From the NCBI GenBank assembly GCA_951406725.2, contig OX597823.1, forward strand, positions 47,120,001 through 47,184,000: 64,000 bases of DNA. The letters are read 5' to 3'. Of the stretch, positions 24,327 through 37,632 are shown piece after piece (the first letter of the stretch is position 1; each line of letters starts with the position of its first letter). Below the pieces are notes generated by a model that made no database searches, was not told the origin of the DNA, and worked only from the letters and a program-made list of their open reading frames with translations. Source of the DNA: Octopus vulgaris (Eukaryota). The position numbers were made by a program, and so were the translations under genes.

Positions 24327-24462
24327 TTATCAAACGATCCATAAAACTGACGGCTACATCTGTAAACTTGCAGCCCAGCTGACTGAACTGTAACGATAGC
24401 AAGCTTCTGAATAACCGATCATCTATTTACAGTATGCATCGGGTCGCTCATTGATATCTAGA

Positions 24463-24934
24463 ACAATAGTTCCCAATTGATGATGTTGATGGCAATCCCT
24501 CGAGGTCGAGGATGATGGTCTTCGCGCAAATTTACTGGTGAGTCCGTAGGTGACCGATAAGACCAATTCTTGCTTGAAAAGATCGGTCGCAGTGCGGACA
24601 TCTAGTGCCAGAAGGGAGAGTCGCACGTGGTTGTTGTTGGCGCTCCTTCCGTCAGTTCCCAATTGGGGTTCGTGTGACCCTTGGGGAGGGGGGTCTATAT
24701 AAAGCTGCTTTTTTTTTTTACTTTTCTTTTGTTAAAATTTATGTGCAATAAATTGCTTACATTTCTTCAATACACCAAATATCTTAATTTTTTTATACAG
24801 TTTCTAATAATATTTAATACAAAAAACATTATAGGATTTTTTTTTAAAACATCGAGTGACTATGAGAGTCCACCCAAGTAAAACTAAACTCAAACAGGCC
24901 CGTAAGTTAAAAAAAAAATGGTTGAGAGCCACTG
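24463..24934. mobile_element. hAT (Charlie-like) MITE with an RTE insertion in its left TIR
   Basis: Ends caatagttcccaa / ttgagagccactg. Flanks atctagaa / gtctagac fit the nTCTAGAn target. Confidence 0.7.
24480..24653 (-). mobile_element. 5'-truncated RTE (BovB-like) LINE 3' end with 12 bp TSD
   Basis: Minus frame RKERQQQPRATLPSGTRCPHCDRSFQARIGLIGHLRTHQ*, then 3' UTR atcatcctcgacctcgagggattgcca(tca)n. TSD agttcccaattg at 24468-24479 and 24654-24665. Confidence 0.88.
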
Positions 24935-25356
24935 GTCTAGACTAGAACGTCACTTTTATACTGACACTTTCACTGACAAGCAATATCCTGGTTGTTTAGA
25001 TACAACCATCGAGTGACGAGAACTAAGGAAGGCAAGCGGCGTGAGTACGCTCTTATATTAGGCAGAAATCTGTGAACCGGTGTTAATGGAAATATTTAAT
25101 CACGTCTTTAAACCAAGGAAGGTTGTCTTTTTTTTTAATGAACAGCATCGTAGTAGAGACTATGAAGCGACGAGTGAAGTAGCCTCTACGACATGGTGTA
25201 AGGCTGAATTAATTTGTAATCGTTCGGGGTAAAGAACGATGATCCCATTCTCTCTTTTAAAATGCATGTAAATGCAAACTCTAAATACAGTTCATAGAAG
25301 ATATATATTTACAATTTATTAATCATCTCTCTATTTTCTTATCTCATTATATACAT

Positions 25357-25772
25357 AGGCGCAGGAGTGGCTGTGTGGTAAGTAGCTTGCTAACCAACCA
25401 CATGGTTCCGGGTTCAGTCCCACTGCATGGCACTTTGGGCATGTGTCTTCTACTATGGCCTCGGGTCGACCAATGCCTTGTGAGTGGATTTGGTAGACGG
25501 AAACTGAAAGAAGCCTGTCGTATATATGTAAATATATATATGTGTGTATATGTGTTTGTGTGTCTGTGTTTGTCCCCCTAGCATTGCTTGACAACCGATG
25601 CTGGTGTGTTTACGTCCCCGTCACTTAGCGGTTCGGCAAAAGAGACCGATAGAATAAGTACTGGGCTTACAAAGAATAAGTCCTGGGGTCGATTTGCTCG
25701 ACTAAAGGCGGTGCTCCAGCATGACCGCAGTCAAATGACTGAAACAAGTAAAAGAGTAAAAGAGTAAAAGAG
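25357..25772 (+). mobile_element. SINE family A, full length
   Basis: Collinear with the other family-A copies. Confidence 0.9.
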
Positions 25773-25773
25773 A

Positions 25774-25817
<44 letters not shown>

Positions 25818-25820
<3 letters not shown>

Positions 25821-26135
25821 AATTCAAGATCACAACATACATGTACACTGCAGCATAATTTATTTTCCTCAACAGGCCCTGCCCTATTTAACATTGTCCC
25901 GAGGGAGATCAAAGAGGAAAAGGATCCCATCAACTTTAAACGGAGTCTGGATAGATTCCTTCAAAGAATACCAGATAAGCCACCCATAATTGGATACAAC
26001 TCACCCAACAAGAACTCACTACTTGAACAAAACTTGACTTAAACAGGATTCGAATAATCCTATCAGGTGGTGCTATTAAGTTAAACATGGCCTGGACCAA
26101 TCTTTGGTCGAAACATATGTAAGTTATCTAAGTTA
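25818..26135 (+). mobile_element. CR1-clade LINE 3' end
   Basis: TLQHNLFSSTGPALFNIVPREIKEEKDPINFKRSLDRFLQRIPDKPPIIGYNSPNKNSLLE..*, then a 3' UTR with hairpin gacca/tggtc and taagtt repeats. Confidence 0.8.
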
Positions 26136-26194
26136 TATATATATATATATTTATCAATTATCTTTGTATTTTCTTATATATATATATATATATA

Positions 26195-26585
26195 CTTGTT
26201 TCACTCATTCGACTGCAGCCATGCTGGAGCACCGCCTTTAGTCGAGGAAGTCGACCCCGGGACTTATTCTTTGTAAGCCCAGTACTTATTCTATCGGTCT
26301 ATTTTGCCGAACCGCTAAGTTACGAGAACGTAAACACACCAGCATCGGTTGTCGAGCAATGCTAGGGAGACAAACACAGACACACAAACATACACACACA
26401 CACATATATATATACATATATACGACGGGCTTCTTTCAGTTTCCGTCTACCAATTCCACTCACAAAGCTTTAGTTGGCTCAAGGCTATAGTAGAAGACAT
26501 TTGCCCAAGATGCCACGCAGTGGGGCTGAACCCGGAACCATGTGGTTGGTAAGTAAGTTACTTACCACACAGCAACTAATGCACC
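26195..26585 (-). mobile_element. SINE family A
   Basis: Reverse complement of family A. Confidence 0.88.
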
Positions 26586-26632
26586 TATTTTTTAATATAT
26601 GTAATTTATTAATTATCTCTCTATTTTCTTAT

Positions 26633-26684
<52 letters not shown>

Positions 26685-26685
<1 letters not shown>

Positions 26686-26972
26686 GTGGCACTCCTTCGG
26701 TTACAACGACGGGTGTTCCAGTTGATCCGATCGACGGAACTACTCGTAAACAGCGTGTAAGTGGCTGAGCAATCTACAGACAAGGGGAGATTCAGCGTGA
26801 TGTAGTGGTGACAAGTCTGACCCTTCGAAATACAGGTACCACAGAAACAGGAAGAAAGAGTGAGAGGAAGTTGTGCTGATATAGTACACCAGGGTTCGCC
26901 ACCACCCCGTGCGGGAGCCTTGTGGAGTTTTAGATGTTTTCGCTCAATAAACGCACACAACGCCCGGTTGGG
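26685..26972 (-). mobile_element. SINE family C, head-truncated
   Basis: Collinear with 23939-24260. Confidence 0.8.
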
Positions 26973-26974
26973 GT

Positions 26975-27447
26975 CACGCCGATACAGTCATCGATATAAC
27001 GACCGTATAGTTCGAGAGTGGGACAAGTGAATTGTAAGAATATTTGGGCCTCAACGTAGCCGACGAACAGGTTCACAGACAAAGAAGTGTGAAGGTGTCA
27101 GGTTGAGGGTCAGGTCGAAGGTCTAGAAAGTTTTTGTACGCAAGAAATCCTTCATTGTGTGGAATCACAGTATATAAACTTTTGATATTAAGTGTGAACA
27201 GAAATTTAGAGGGACCAGAAGGAAAGGAGAAAGAGTTGATATGACGGAAAGCAAGGTAAGTGTCGTGGATGTGGGAGAGGAAGGAAGCCACTTGGGGATC
27301 AAGGATACGATCGAGGTATTTCGAGATCATTTCTGTGGGGCAGTTGCAGGCGGAGACGATGGGGCGGCCAGGTTTGTTGGGGCTGTGAATTTTGGGAAGG
27401 AAATAAATAGTTGGGGTGCGTGGAGTGCGGACAATGAGTTGCATCAT
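26975..27447 (-). pseudogene. Penelope-like element reverse transcriptase fragment
   Basis: IYFLPKIHSPNKPGRPIVSACNCPTE..LFTLNIKSLYTVIPHNEG (ORF 27073-27447), then LFVGYVE..YGRYIDDCIG. The GxAMG segment appears deleted. Confidence 0.9.
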
Positions 27448-27589
27448 AGGTGCAGGCGTGGCTGTGTGGTAAGAAGTTTGCTTCCCAACCCCATGGCTCT
27501 GGATTCATTCCTAAAGCGTGTCATTTTGGGAAGTGTCTTCTAGTGCAACCTCGAGCCGACCGGAGCTTTGTGAGTAGATTTGGTGGATG

Positions 27590-27710
27590 TTTTAACTTTA
27601 GAAATTCTCAGCTGCTTAATTATTTACCTGAAGAAAACCAGAACCTCATTGTTATGGCGCTGATTGATAATTTCAAACATGATTTGGACGAGTTTCTCCC
27701 CCGCCCTGTC
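27590..27710 (+). mobile_element. CR1-clade C-terminal fragment
   Basis: FNFRNSQLLNYLPEENQNL..DNFKHDLDEFL. Confidence 0.55.
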
Positions 27711-27999
27711 TCTCATAATTGCTCATCTTTTATCTCTTACTTGCTTCACTCATTAGATTGCGGCCATGCTGGTGCACCACCTTCAGAAATTTTTAGTCAA
27801 ATGAATCGATTGCAGTACATTTCTTTTACGCCTGGTACTTATTCTATCTATGTCTTTTGCCGAATCGCTAAATAACGGGGACATAAACATACCAACACCT
27901 GTTGTCAATCAGTGGTAGGGGACAGACACAAAGACAAACACGCGCGCGCTATGTCCGCCGCCACATAACTGAAATACATAAGAGATATAAACACACACA

Positions 28000-28107
<108 letters not shown>

Positions 28108-28247
28108 CTATGAGAGGTAATGGTATCATTGAGACCCAAAGGTGTCAGGTAATGCTGAATAAGTGTAATAGATGGACAGCAGTTAAGACCAGGTTCAGTG
28201 ATTATGCGAATAAGCGGTTCAACGTTGGTCATATGTCAGCGTGTACA

Positions 28248-28385
28248 TATAAAAATTTAATTTCGTAATGAGATAAAAAAAAACAAGGTTGTGTAGATTT
28301 TAGAACATTTATAGATAGAAGGTCTATCTATAAATGTTCTAAAATCTACACAGCCTTGGTTTTTATCTCATTACGAAATTAAATT

Positions 28386-28392
<7 letters not shown>
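28248..28392. repeat. Foldback with ~70 bp arms and a 3 nt loop (agg)
   Basis: aaatttaatttcgtaatgagataaaaa..tagataga / tctatcta..tttttatctcattacgaaattaaattt. Confidence 0.92.
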
Positions 28393-28444
<52 letters not shown>

Positions 28445-28628
28445 TATAAATTAGGATATCTACGAGATACCACCATGCTGAAAATAACAGCCATAATTTG
28501 ACTCTAAAGTCACCTTAAATGTCCATATCACAACACGGAGAGAAAACAAAGAGACAAGGTGAAACTAGTAAAAAATTACTGGATAATTAGGACTGCTTTG
28601 CCTTGTCAGTAGAATACACACAGAAAAG

Positions 28629-28668
<40 letters not shown>

Positions 28669-28879
28669 GACAGGTTTCTTTCAGTTTCTAACTACCAAAT
28701 CCACGCACACGGTTTTGGTTCGGCTCGAGGTTACACAAGAATACACATGCCCAAAATTATATGCTTTAGGATTGAATCCGGAGCCATGTCGTTGGGAAGC
28801 AAACATCTTACCACGCAGCCACGCTACATGAAATTTAGAATTTCACTCTCATTACCTGGGCTATGCATTAAACAAACTT

Positions 28880-29160
28880 GATAATCACAGAGCGCTAACT
28901 TCTGGGGAGTCCAGATTGTGCAACCATATAAAAGCGCAGTTTCTATTGTTACTAGAAAGAAACTATTCTTAAATTCTATTTGGATTTTATTTCGAAGCAG
29001 TCGTCCATAATACATTTATTTTTCTCCGCTATTTTAAACAGGAATGTTCACTTTGTCATGATGCTTATCTTCTATGACTGGACATATTTCTTTGTTCTTT
29101 TCAGTCGGGAAAATCCTATAGCGGACGTCTGTTATGTCTGCATTCGGTAGAAGATTCAAG
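28880..29160 (-). mobile_element. Decayed RTE LINE fragment
   Basis: KNSFFLVTIETALLYGCTIWT matches the RTE motif FxAxVxSVLLYGCETWT. Confidence 0.6.
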
Positions 29161-29899
29161 GTCCAGCATCAAGCAAAATTCCTTATAATGAAACGTTAAG
29201 TATATACACAATTTCAGACATATTTTTTTATATTTAAATGAGAGCAATCTTCTCTACAGATGCTACTGTTTAGCAACAACATAATGTAATAGAAGACAGA
29301 CCCTTAATATATATACGTACGTACTGATATATATACGTACATACCAAAATATGTATGTATGTATGTATGTATGTAGTCATGTATGCATGTATTTTGTGCA
29401 CAATTTTTTTTTAGATTTATTTAAAGAATGCTTTTGGAGAACTGAAGCCAACCGCTAACAAATTGACAAGGGTCCTTTGTTTGAATCAAGGCAGATAATG
29501 GACGTACATATCTCTTTTAGTAGACGTACGCGCGCGCGTGTGTGCGCGTACGTGTGTAATTATTTATTATATATCTAATGTATTAGCCTAACTGTACCAT
29601 GTGCACATATGAATGGCATGTGTATGCATGTGTATGTGTATATATATATATATATATTTATGTATGCGAGCATGTATGATTCACTTCATAGAAATGATTA
29701 ATGTCGTAACTAGATACATACATACATACATAAATACATACATACATACATAAATTTAATCGGTTTTAACCATTATGAGCTCAGGCTATGTCTAATCTTT
29801 CAAGTTATATTTTGGGACGCAATGTCTCACGCACGTAATGAGTAGTTGGTTACCGAAATGTATTTCGAAGGTCAGTGGTTTGACTCGTGCTCTTTCTAC

Positions 29900-30346
29900 C
29901 AAAGATGAGCTCAAATTTTCACTCGTCCGCAGCGATGAATCTTGTTACATCACTCGAATAATATCGCCTAGTTCGGTTTAGATCATCAGTTCGGTTGCAT
30001 AGGCCCTTGATGACTTTTCAGGGAGCTTATAGTCAAGTGCAAAGATTTTTATTTATCCATTTTACTCTGTTTGATGGTAGTTGCAATGTTATATATATGT
30101 TGCAATATATATTTATGAAACAGAAGCGGGTCCAACACAGCACCCTGCGAGATATCACTAATGACTTTTACTGGAGATCAGCAAATACCGCCGATCACAA
30201 CATTAAAATAATTCCTGTGTTACACAGGAATTATTTAATCCACTGCAGTTCACAGACTCTGATGTTGAATGATTTTTTTTTTCAGCAGAATACTAAGTTA
30301 GACTGTTGAAAATTTGACTGAATCGAAGATAAATGACATCTGTGCC
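29900..30346 (-). mobile_element. Decayed CR1/L2-type reverse transcriptase fragment
   Basis: DVIYLRFSQIFNSL..QWIK*FL..VVIGG..VISDISQGAVLDPLLF matches DVIYLDFSKAFD and SGVPQGSVLGPLLF. Confidence 0.7.
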
Positions 30347-30522
30347 CTTTAACGGGGGCGGTGGGGTAGGGGGCAGGCATTTAGTAGGATATCATCAAAG
30401 TAGCTGAGGGACTGTGTTAGGCAGTTTCTGCTTGTATGAAAATTATACTGGTTGGTATCAATACCTTTTGCTAGGAAGTCTGTTCTTCTTAATCTTTTTT
30501 TCCCTCTATCTTTTAAATACTT

Positions 30523-30890
30523 TAGGCGCAGGAGTGACTGTGTGGTAGGTAGCTTGCTTACCAACCACATGGTTCCGGGTTCAGTCCTACTGCGTGGCAC
30601 CTTGGGCAAGTGTCTTCTACTATAGCCTCGGGCGGGCCTTATCAGTGGATTTGGAAGACGGAAACTGAAAGAAGCCTGTCGTATATGTGAGTGTGTGTGT
30701 GTGTGTCTGTGTGTATGTGCGTGTGCGTGTGTGTGTGTGTGTGTGTTTGTGTGTCTGTGTTTGTCCCCCCAACATCGCTTGTCAACCGATGGGTGTGTGA
30801 TTACGTCCCCGTAACTTAGCGGTTCGGCAAAAGAGACCGATAGAATAAGTACTAGGCTTACAAAGAATAGGTCCTGGGGTCGATTTGCTC
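30523..30890 (+). mobile_element. SINE family A, 3'-truncated
   Basis: Collinear with family A. Confidence 0.88.
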
Positions 30891-31589
30891 ACGGACGATA
30901 ATTTATTGCAAGTCACTTATTCCCCACCTTTTAAAACCTTAGATGACAGACTCTGGGACAGAAAATGTTCAGGTGTAATGCATAACCCAGTGATTTCCTT
31001 CACAGATTAGCAAAAGAAGACGCAGGTAGATGCCCATGAGCCCGGGTATAGGAGTGCAAGGGGGGGTGCAAGCGCGCCTCCTAAAATTTTGTGGGATGCA
31101 AAATCAAAATTTGCATTCCTACTTTCTTTTCTCAAGTTTAGAAAACAGTGAGTAAAATATGATCTGTAAAAAGTAGCTTCTTTGTACAAAAATTTTAGAC
31201 CTGGGTTTGCACCACCTTGTTCCAAGCCTGCGTAGATGCCTGCATCCCTTCTGCACACAAGTGAGGAATCTGTGAGGATTAATGTTATGAGGGTAAATGA
31301 CGTGATATCAAATGCTGCAATGTCTGCAATGAAACCCGTACATAGTAAGTATTTACTTCATAAATACTGCCTCAGTCACCACCAAAGCAGTCTTGTTCTA
31401 CTTTGCAAAATTTCTCACGAAGGCCCCCGAGCTGGTTTCGTGGCCTAAGTCTGTAATACAATGTACCAGTTTCATTACAGGGTTATAATGATTCTGATTA
31501 AAGGTACAAGTATCTCAGAAATTCTCTGTCACTTAGACCAGTGGTTTTCAAACTGACAAATACTGAAACTCTTACCCGACTCCAAAGGG

Positions 31590-31935
31590 AATACTGGCTT
31601 CAGATTTTTGCACAAGACCAGCCTCCCGAAAGGATGAAAGGCAAAGAGACGACCTCGGCGGAATTCGAACTCAGAACGTAACGGCAGACGAAATACCTAT
31701 TTTTTCTTTATTACCCACAAGGGGCTAAACACAGAGAGGACAAACAAGGACAGACAAAGGGGTTAAGTCGAATATATCGACCCAGTGCGTAACTGGAACT
31801 TATTTAATCGACCCCGAAAGGATTAAAGGCAAAGTCGACCTCGGCGGAATTTGAACTCAGAACGTAACGGCAGACGGAAATACCGCTAAGCATTTCGTCC
31901 GGCGTGCTAACGATTCTGCCAGCTCACCGCCTCGA
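31590..31935 (-). mobile_element. SINE family B, composite copy
   Basis: Reverse-complement pattern of 2020-2390. Confidence 0.82.
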
Positions 31936-32023
31936 CTTAAACTATAATAGAAAGAATTGGTAATCTCGCTGCTTGAACTCGTTGTCCAGTTCTATAAAGA
32001 TGTTATTACTTATGTCTACACTT

Positions 32024-32091
<68 letters not shown>

Positions 32092-32197
32092 GCGTGTATA
32101 TATGTGTACGCTTGTGTGTGTTTGTGTGTATAGGTGTGTACGTTTGTGTGTATTTGTATGTCTTTTGTGTGTGTGTATATGTGTGCGTTTGAGCGTG

Positions 32198-32236
<39 letters not shown>

Positions 32237-32613
32237 GTATGTATATATATGTATATATGTTTGTATGTGTATATGGCTGCATTTGTGTGCATTTGTGTGT
32301 GTGTGCGCGCGTATGTGCATGCGTGTGTTAATATACTTATATGCTTTTCTGCGTGTGTTCCTTAGTTGCGTACAAGTATGTCTGAGCGTGTGTATAAAGC
32401 GTGCTTGCCTGAGTGCGCGCGTGCTTGTGTCCGTGTGTGCGAGAGGGGAGAAGAGGATGGAGCGCGCACGTTGTCATGTGTGAATGTGTGATGGTTAGGC
32501 AGCTTATTCAACCATTCCCTTATCCATTTTATGTCGTACGTGCATGCAAGTGATTAGAATATATTCTTGCATGTGAGCGACCGATATATGTGTGTGTGTG
32601 TGTGTGTGTGCGC

Positions 32614-32644
<31 letters not shown>

Positions 32645-33064
32645 TGTGTGTGGAAGGGCATATGTGTATGTGCGTGTGTATATATATACACAAATACACA
32701 TACACGCATACACGCTATAAGTAGGCATGTCGCACAATATATAGGTCCCATTGTATATGTACACATATATCTAGACACTCACACACACAAGCACACCACG
32801 CACACATACACACACACATATACTCACTCACTCGCATACACCACATACATACACGGTATATAAACATAACATTCGCACGCACATTTGGACATAAATTTTT
32901 GCGCATGTGAATTTGTGCTTCAGTATTTGTCTTGTGTGAGAATTTCCATGTGAATTTCTGTATACATAAATATATTTCTGTAGCTGGGTGCTTAAGACTG
33001 TAGGTAGCTCTTACATGTACTCCCTTTGTGCCCGTATGTTTCTATTGTCATTGTGAATTTGCAT

Positions 33065-33096
<32 letters not shown>

Positions 33097-33104
33097 ACAT
33101 GTAT

Positions 33105-33124
33105 ATAATAAATAATAATAATAA

Positions 33125-33167
<43 letters not shown>

Positions 33168-33204
33168 AATAATATTAATGATGATGATGATGATAATAAT
33201 AATG

Positions 33205-33277
<73 letters not shown>

Positions 33278-33298
33278 TGATAATAATAATAATAATAT
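33105..33298. repeat. (AAT/GAT)n microsatellite
   Basis: Direct inspection. Confidence 0.95.
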
Positions 33299-33494
33299 TT
33301 ATATATATATATATATATGTGTGTATGTATGTATAGGCTTGCATGTGGTCGTGCTTGCGTTTGGTGTACGTGCGTGTCTGATGCATGTATGTGTCTACTA
33401 AGTCTACTCAGGCTCTGTCGTGTGTAAATTTTGAACACGTTTTGTGTGTGTATGTGTGTTCGTCCGCGCCAGTTTTGTTGTTCTTCTTCTCCGT

Positions 33495-33665
33495 CCACAC
33501 CACCACCACCACCTACCACCACCACCACAACCACGACCACCACCTACAACCACCACCACCTACCACGACCACCACCACGACCACCAACCAGCCTCATAAC
33601 CACCATCACAACCACGACCACGACCACGACCACCACAACCACGACCACCACCACCACCACCACCA
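33495..33665. repeat. Degenerate (CAC/CAA/GAC)n trinucleotide tract
   Basis: Direct inspection; source of the poly-His/Thr ORFs. Confidence 0.9.
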
Positions 33666-33852
33666 TATACGTGACTGACTAGTTGACTGAGAGAGAGAGA
33701 GAGAGGGGTAGAAAGGGGGAAATATAACACAAAACATACGCCAACACATTTTTACATTTCAAGTCTTTCCGTCAAATAAGCCTTTACGCATGTTCCTGTA
33801 AAAACATGAGCTTATATATACGCGTTAAGTGGTCTTTTTAATGGTGTCTTTT

Positions 33853-33896
<44 letters not shown>

Positions 33897-34571
33897 TTAT
33901 TTTTATTAAACCTTCCCAGTTCTTCTTCTTCTTCTTCTTCTTTTTTCCTCTTCTTCTTTTTCCTTCTTCCCCGTCGCCAGCTTCACCCTTCTTCACTGTC
34001 ATCATCTTTTTTTCCTTTCCCCACCTCCTCTGTGCTTCATCCTTTTCCTCCTCCTCCTCCTCCTCCTGTTCCCAGTGTTGCTGTTTTCATGCATGTGTAT
34101 AAAAAAAAAAAAGAAATTAAGGAAAAAAATATATATAAAAAAAGCAGTATATATATATATATATATATATATGGCAGTATGCTTTGCTCTCCACCACATC
34201 CCCCCCCCCCCCCCGCAGTCCCATCCACCTCACCTCGCTTTTCGTCATCCGCCGCCTCGTCCTACGGTTCTTTCTCCTACTCCAACTGCAACTCCGTCGC
34301 TCCCTCCCTCCCTCCGTCCCTCTTTCCTCTTTCCCCTTACACTTCTCTTCTCTTTCTTCCGTTTCCATCCTTCCATCCATCCTGCTACCACCACCCGCCT
34401 GCATGTACTTTGTTGTTAGAGGAGCGCGTGTGTTTAGTATAATTATATACATTGTGAATGCTAACTTAATCCCATAAGAGGCTCGGCCGACCTCACCAAA
34501 CATTAAGTAGATAAAAGCTGCCAGAAACGACACGTGGCAGACAGTTAACTGTAAGGTGTAGACACACACAT

Positions 34572-34621
<50 letters not shown>

Positions 34622-34757
34622 CACAATACAGATGTATAGTATTTTTTTTTTTTGCCTCAGTTTTTCCCCCTCTTAGCTTCTGCAGCTTACCCTACCCTGC
34701 TTACAGAAGATAACCCTGAAATTCACAGATAATCATCGCCGATTTATTGTTTATTGT

Positions 34758-34812
<55 letters not shown>

Positions 34813-34857
34813 ATATATGTACATATATATATAAAACAATAAACAATAGATATATAT

Positions 34858-34888
34858 ATTTGGTAGACGGAAACTGAAAGAAGCCCGT

Positions 34889-34939
<51 letters not shown>

Positions 34940-35155
34940 TTGTGTCTGTGCTTCCCCCACCCCCTCCAACATCACTTGACAACCGATGCTGGTGTGTTTA
35001 TATCCCGTAACATAGCGGTTCGGCAAAACAAACCGATAGAATAAGTAAGTAATAGGCTTACATAAAATAAGCCCTGGGGTCGATTTTCTCGGATAAAGGC
35101 GATGCTCCAGCATGGCCGCAGTGAAATGACTGAAACAAAAGAATAAAATAAAAGT
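34858..35155 (+). mobile_element. SINE family A, 5'-truncated, followed by ~280 bp of (TA)n-rich tract
   Basis: ttggtagacggaaactgaaagaagccc...atgactgaaaca. Confidence 0.85.
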
Positions 35156-35164
35156 ATATATATG

Positions 35165-35217
<53 letters not shown>

Positions 35218-35250
35218 ATATGTATATATATGTATATATGTATATATGTA

Positions 35251-35303
<53 letters not shown>

Positions 35304-35348
35304 GTATATATGTATATATATATATGTGTGTAGATATATATATATATG

Positions 35349-35435
<87 letters not shown>

Positions 35436-35887
35436 TTAAATCGAACGGGAAAAGTTACAAGATTTGGAGCGGGTAATGATTTGCATTGTTAAAATAGTAA
35501 AATACATAAAGGGAAATAACTCAAGTGGGTTAATGACCTGGATTTAGATGATAAGTAACTTAAACAGTGATGACCTGCATGACTTTTCGGAAGAAAATCT
35601 TCATGTTCCATTATGGCTAGAGAAAGGAATAAATATCCATAGAACTCTGGCCGAAATAAGATTAAGATTAATGTAAAAAAAACAAATAAAGCTGAAGCAA
35701 ATTAACACCAAATATATAGTGCGTGTGTTTTTATTGGCTAAACTGGCAACATGACCATTCCTAAATACAAACGTTTATGAATCTCAAAGAAAAGGGGAGA
35801 TAAATGCAAGAGATGACTCATTAAACAAAATAAAAATTTACATTCTTTAAGAAACCTGATCTTTGTTATTTCTTTCAGCTTGTTCAC

Positions 35888-35960
<73 letters not shown>

Positions 35961-36659
35961 CATTATTAATCATGCACATTATTATTGGCCAAGCATCTTC
36001 TCTTCTTGTTTTCTGTAAGTTAAAACCGCTTCCAACCGTAGTTAAATATTCGAAGCTGATGAGGGCCAATTAGAGCGAAACGTATGAGTAGCTGCCCGGT
36101 TGACTGGAAATAGAGAGCATATTTTCCCCTTCAGCATGTAATGCCATTCTGTAAATTCAATACTTATTTCCTTGAAATTATCTCCCTTTTTTATTGACAG
36201 TTGCTAACCACTACTGCTAGCTTTTACATTTCATTCAATAGTTAAAGGCAAATTTCAAACAATTGCAAAATTTTTGCATATTCTTTCACCATATCATCCC
36301 TTAACATCTTAATTCTTAATCCCTTAATTCTTGATTCTTGAGATTTTTTGCTGCTTCTTATTCAAAGCCAGCATCAATAGCAACCAAGCATTTACTTTCT
36401 ACCGAAACAATTTCAAGAATTTATTCTGTGTGATATTTAATATATTTTTTGTCGCATTTGATATCCAAATTCATGCCACTGAGCGTGCTAACTTATTTCT
36501 CTTGGCTCGTTTTTGTTTTAACACACACACGAAAAACACACATACACACAAACACACATCTGTGTGTATATAATGTGTGGGGATGATGGATGGATGGATG
36601 GATGGAGCGATCGAGCGATCGATGATAAAGCTTATATTCTGGATGTTAACCCTGAAGAA

Positions 36660-36920
36660 GTTTGAAAAGTGGAAGAATTTAACATTTTGCATCTAGAGGC
36701 CTACAATACCAGCAAAGAAAAGCAGATATTGAAGAGACTTAGATTCTACGAAGAACTACCATAGCTTGACAATTAATGCAATTGCTGCTAAAATTTAAAA
36801 TCCAATTTCACCGAAAAATATCAAGCTCAAAATAGAGAGAATTCTTCACAGAATCCAGAACGACTTTCTTCCATATAGATCAACAATGGTATAAATATTT
36901 ACATCTTTGAAGATGTAAAT
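36660..36920 (+). mobile_element. Decayed RTE reverse transcriptase fragment
   Basis: KNYHSLTINAIAAKI*N..KIERILHRIQNDFLPYRST matches NYRGITL..IAAKIYN..QNGFRxxRST. Confidence 0.7.
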
Positions 36921-37099
36921 GAGTGGAATATACTAGCTTCTCTACTTTACATAGATTCCACAGCAATCTTTGATTCTATCCATAGAGGGGAAAATGAGAG
37001 AGATATTGCTAGCCATTGTTTCAGCTCCCATGAAGAATACGCTGAATTGCACTTACACCAGAATGTTCCATGTTGTCCTGAACATTTCATGGTATCTTT

Positions 37100-37590
<491 letters not shown>

Positions 37591-37632
37591 ATATTTCAAC
37601 ACAAAACTAACACAGAGCCATACCACAGAGCC

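Noticed and set aside
33385-33682. Poly-His/Thr transcription-factor exon
   Set aside because: Pure (CAC)-type repeat with no flanking domain or convincing splice sites.
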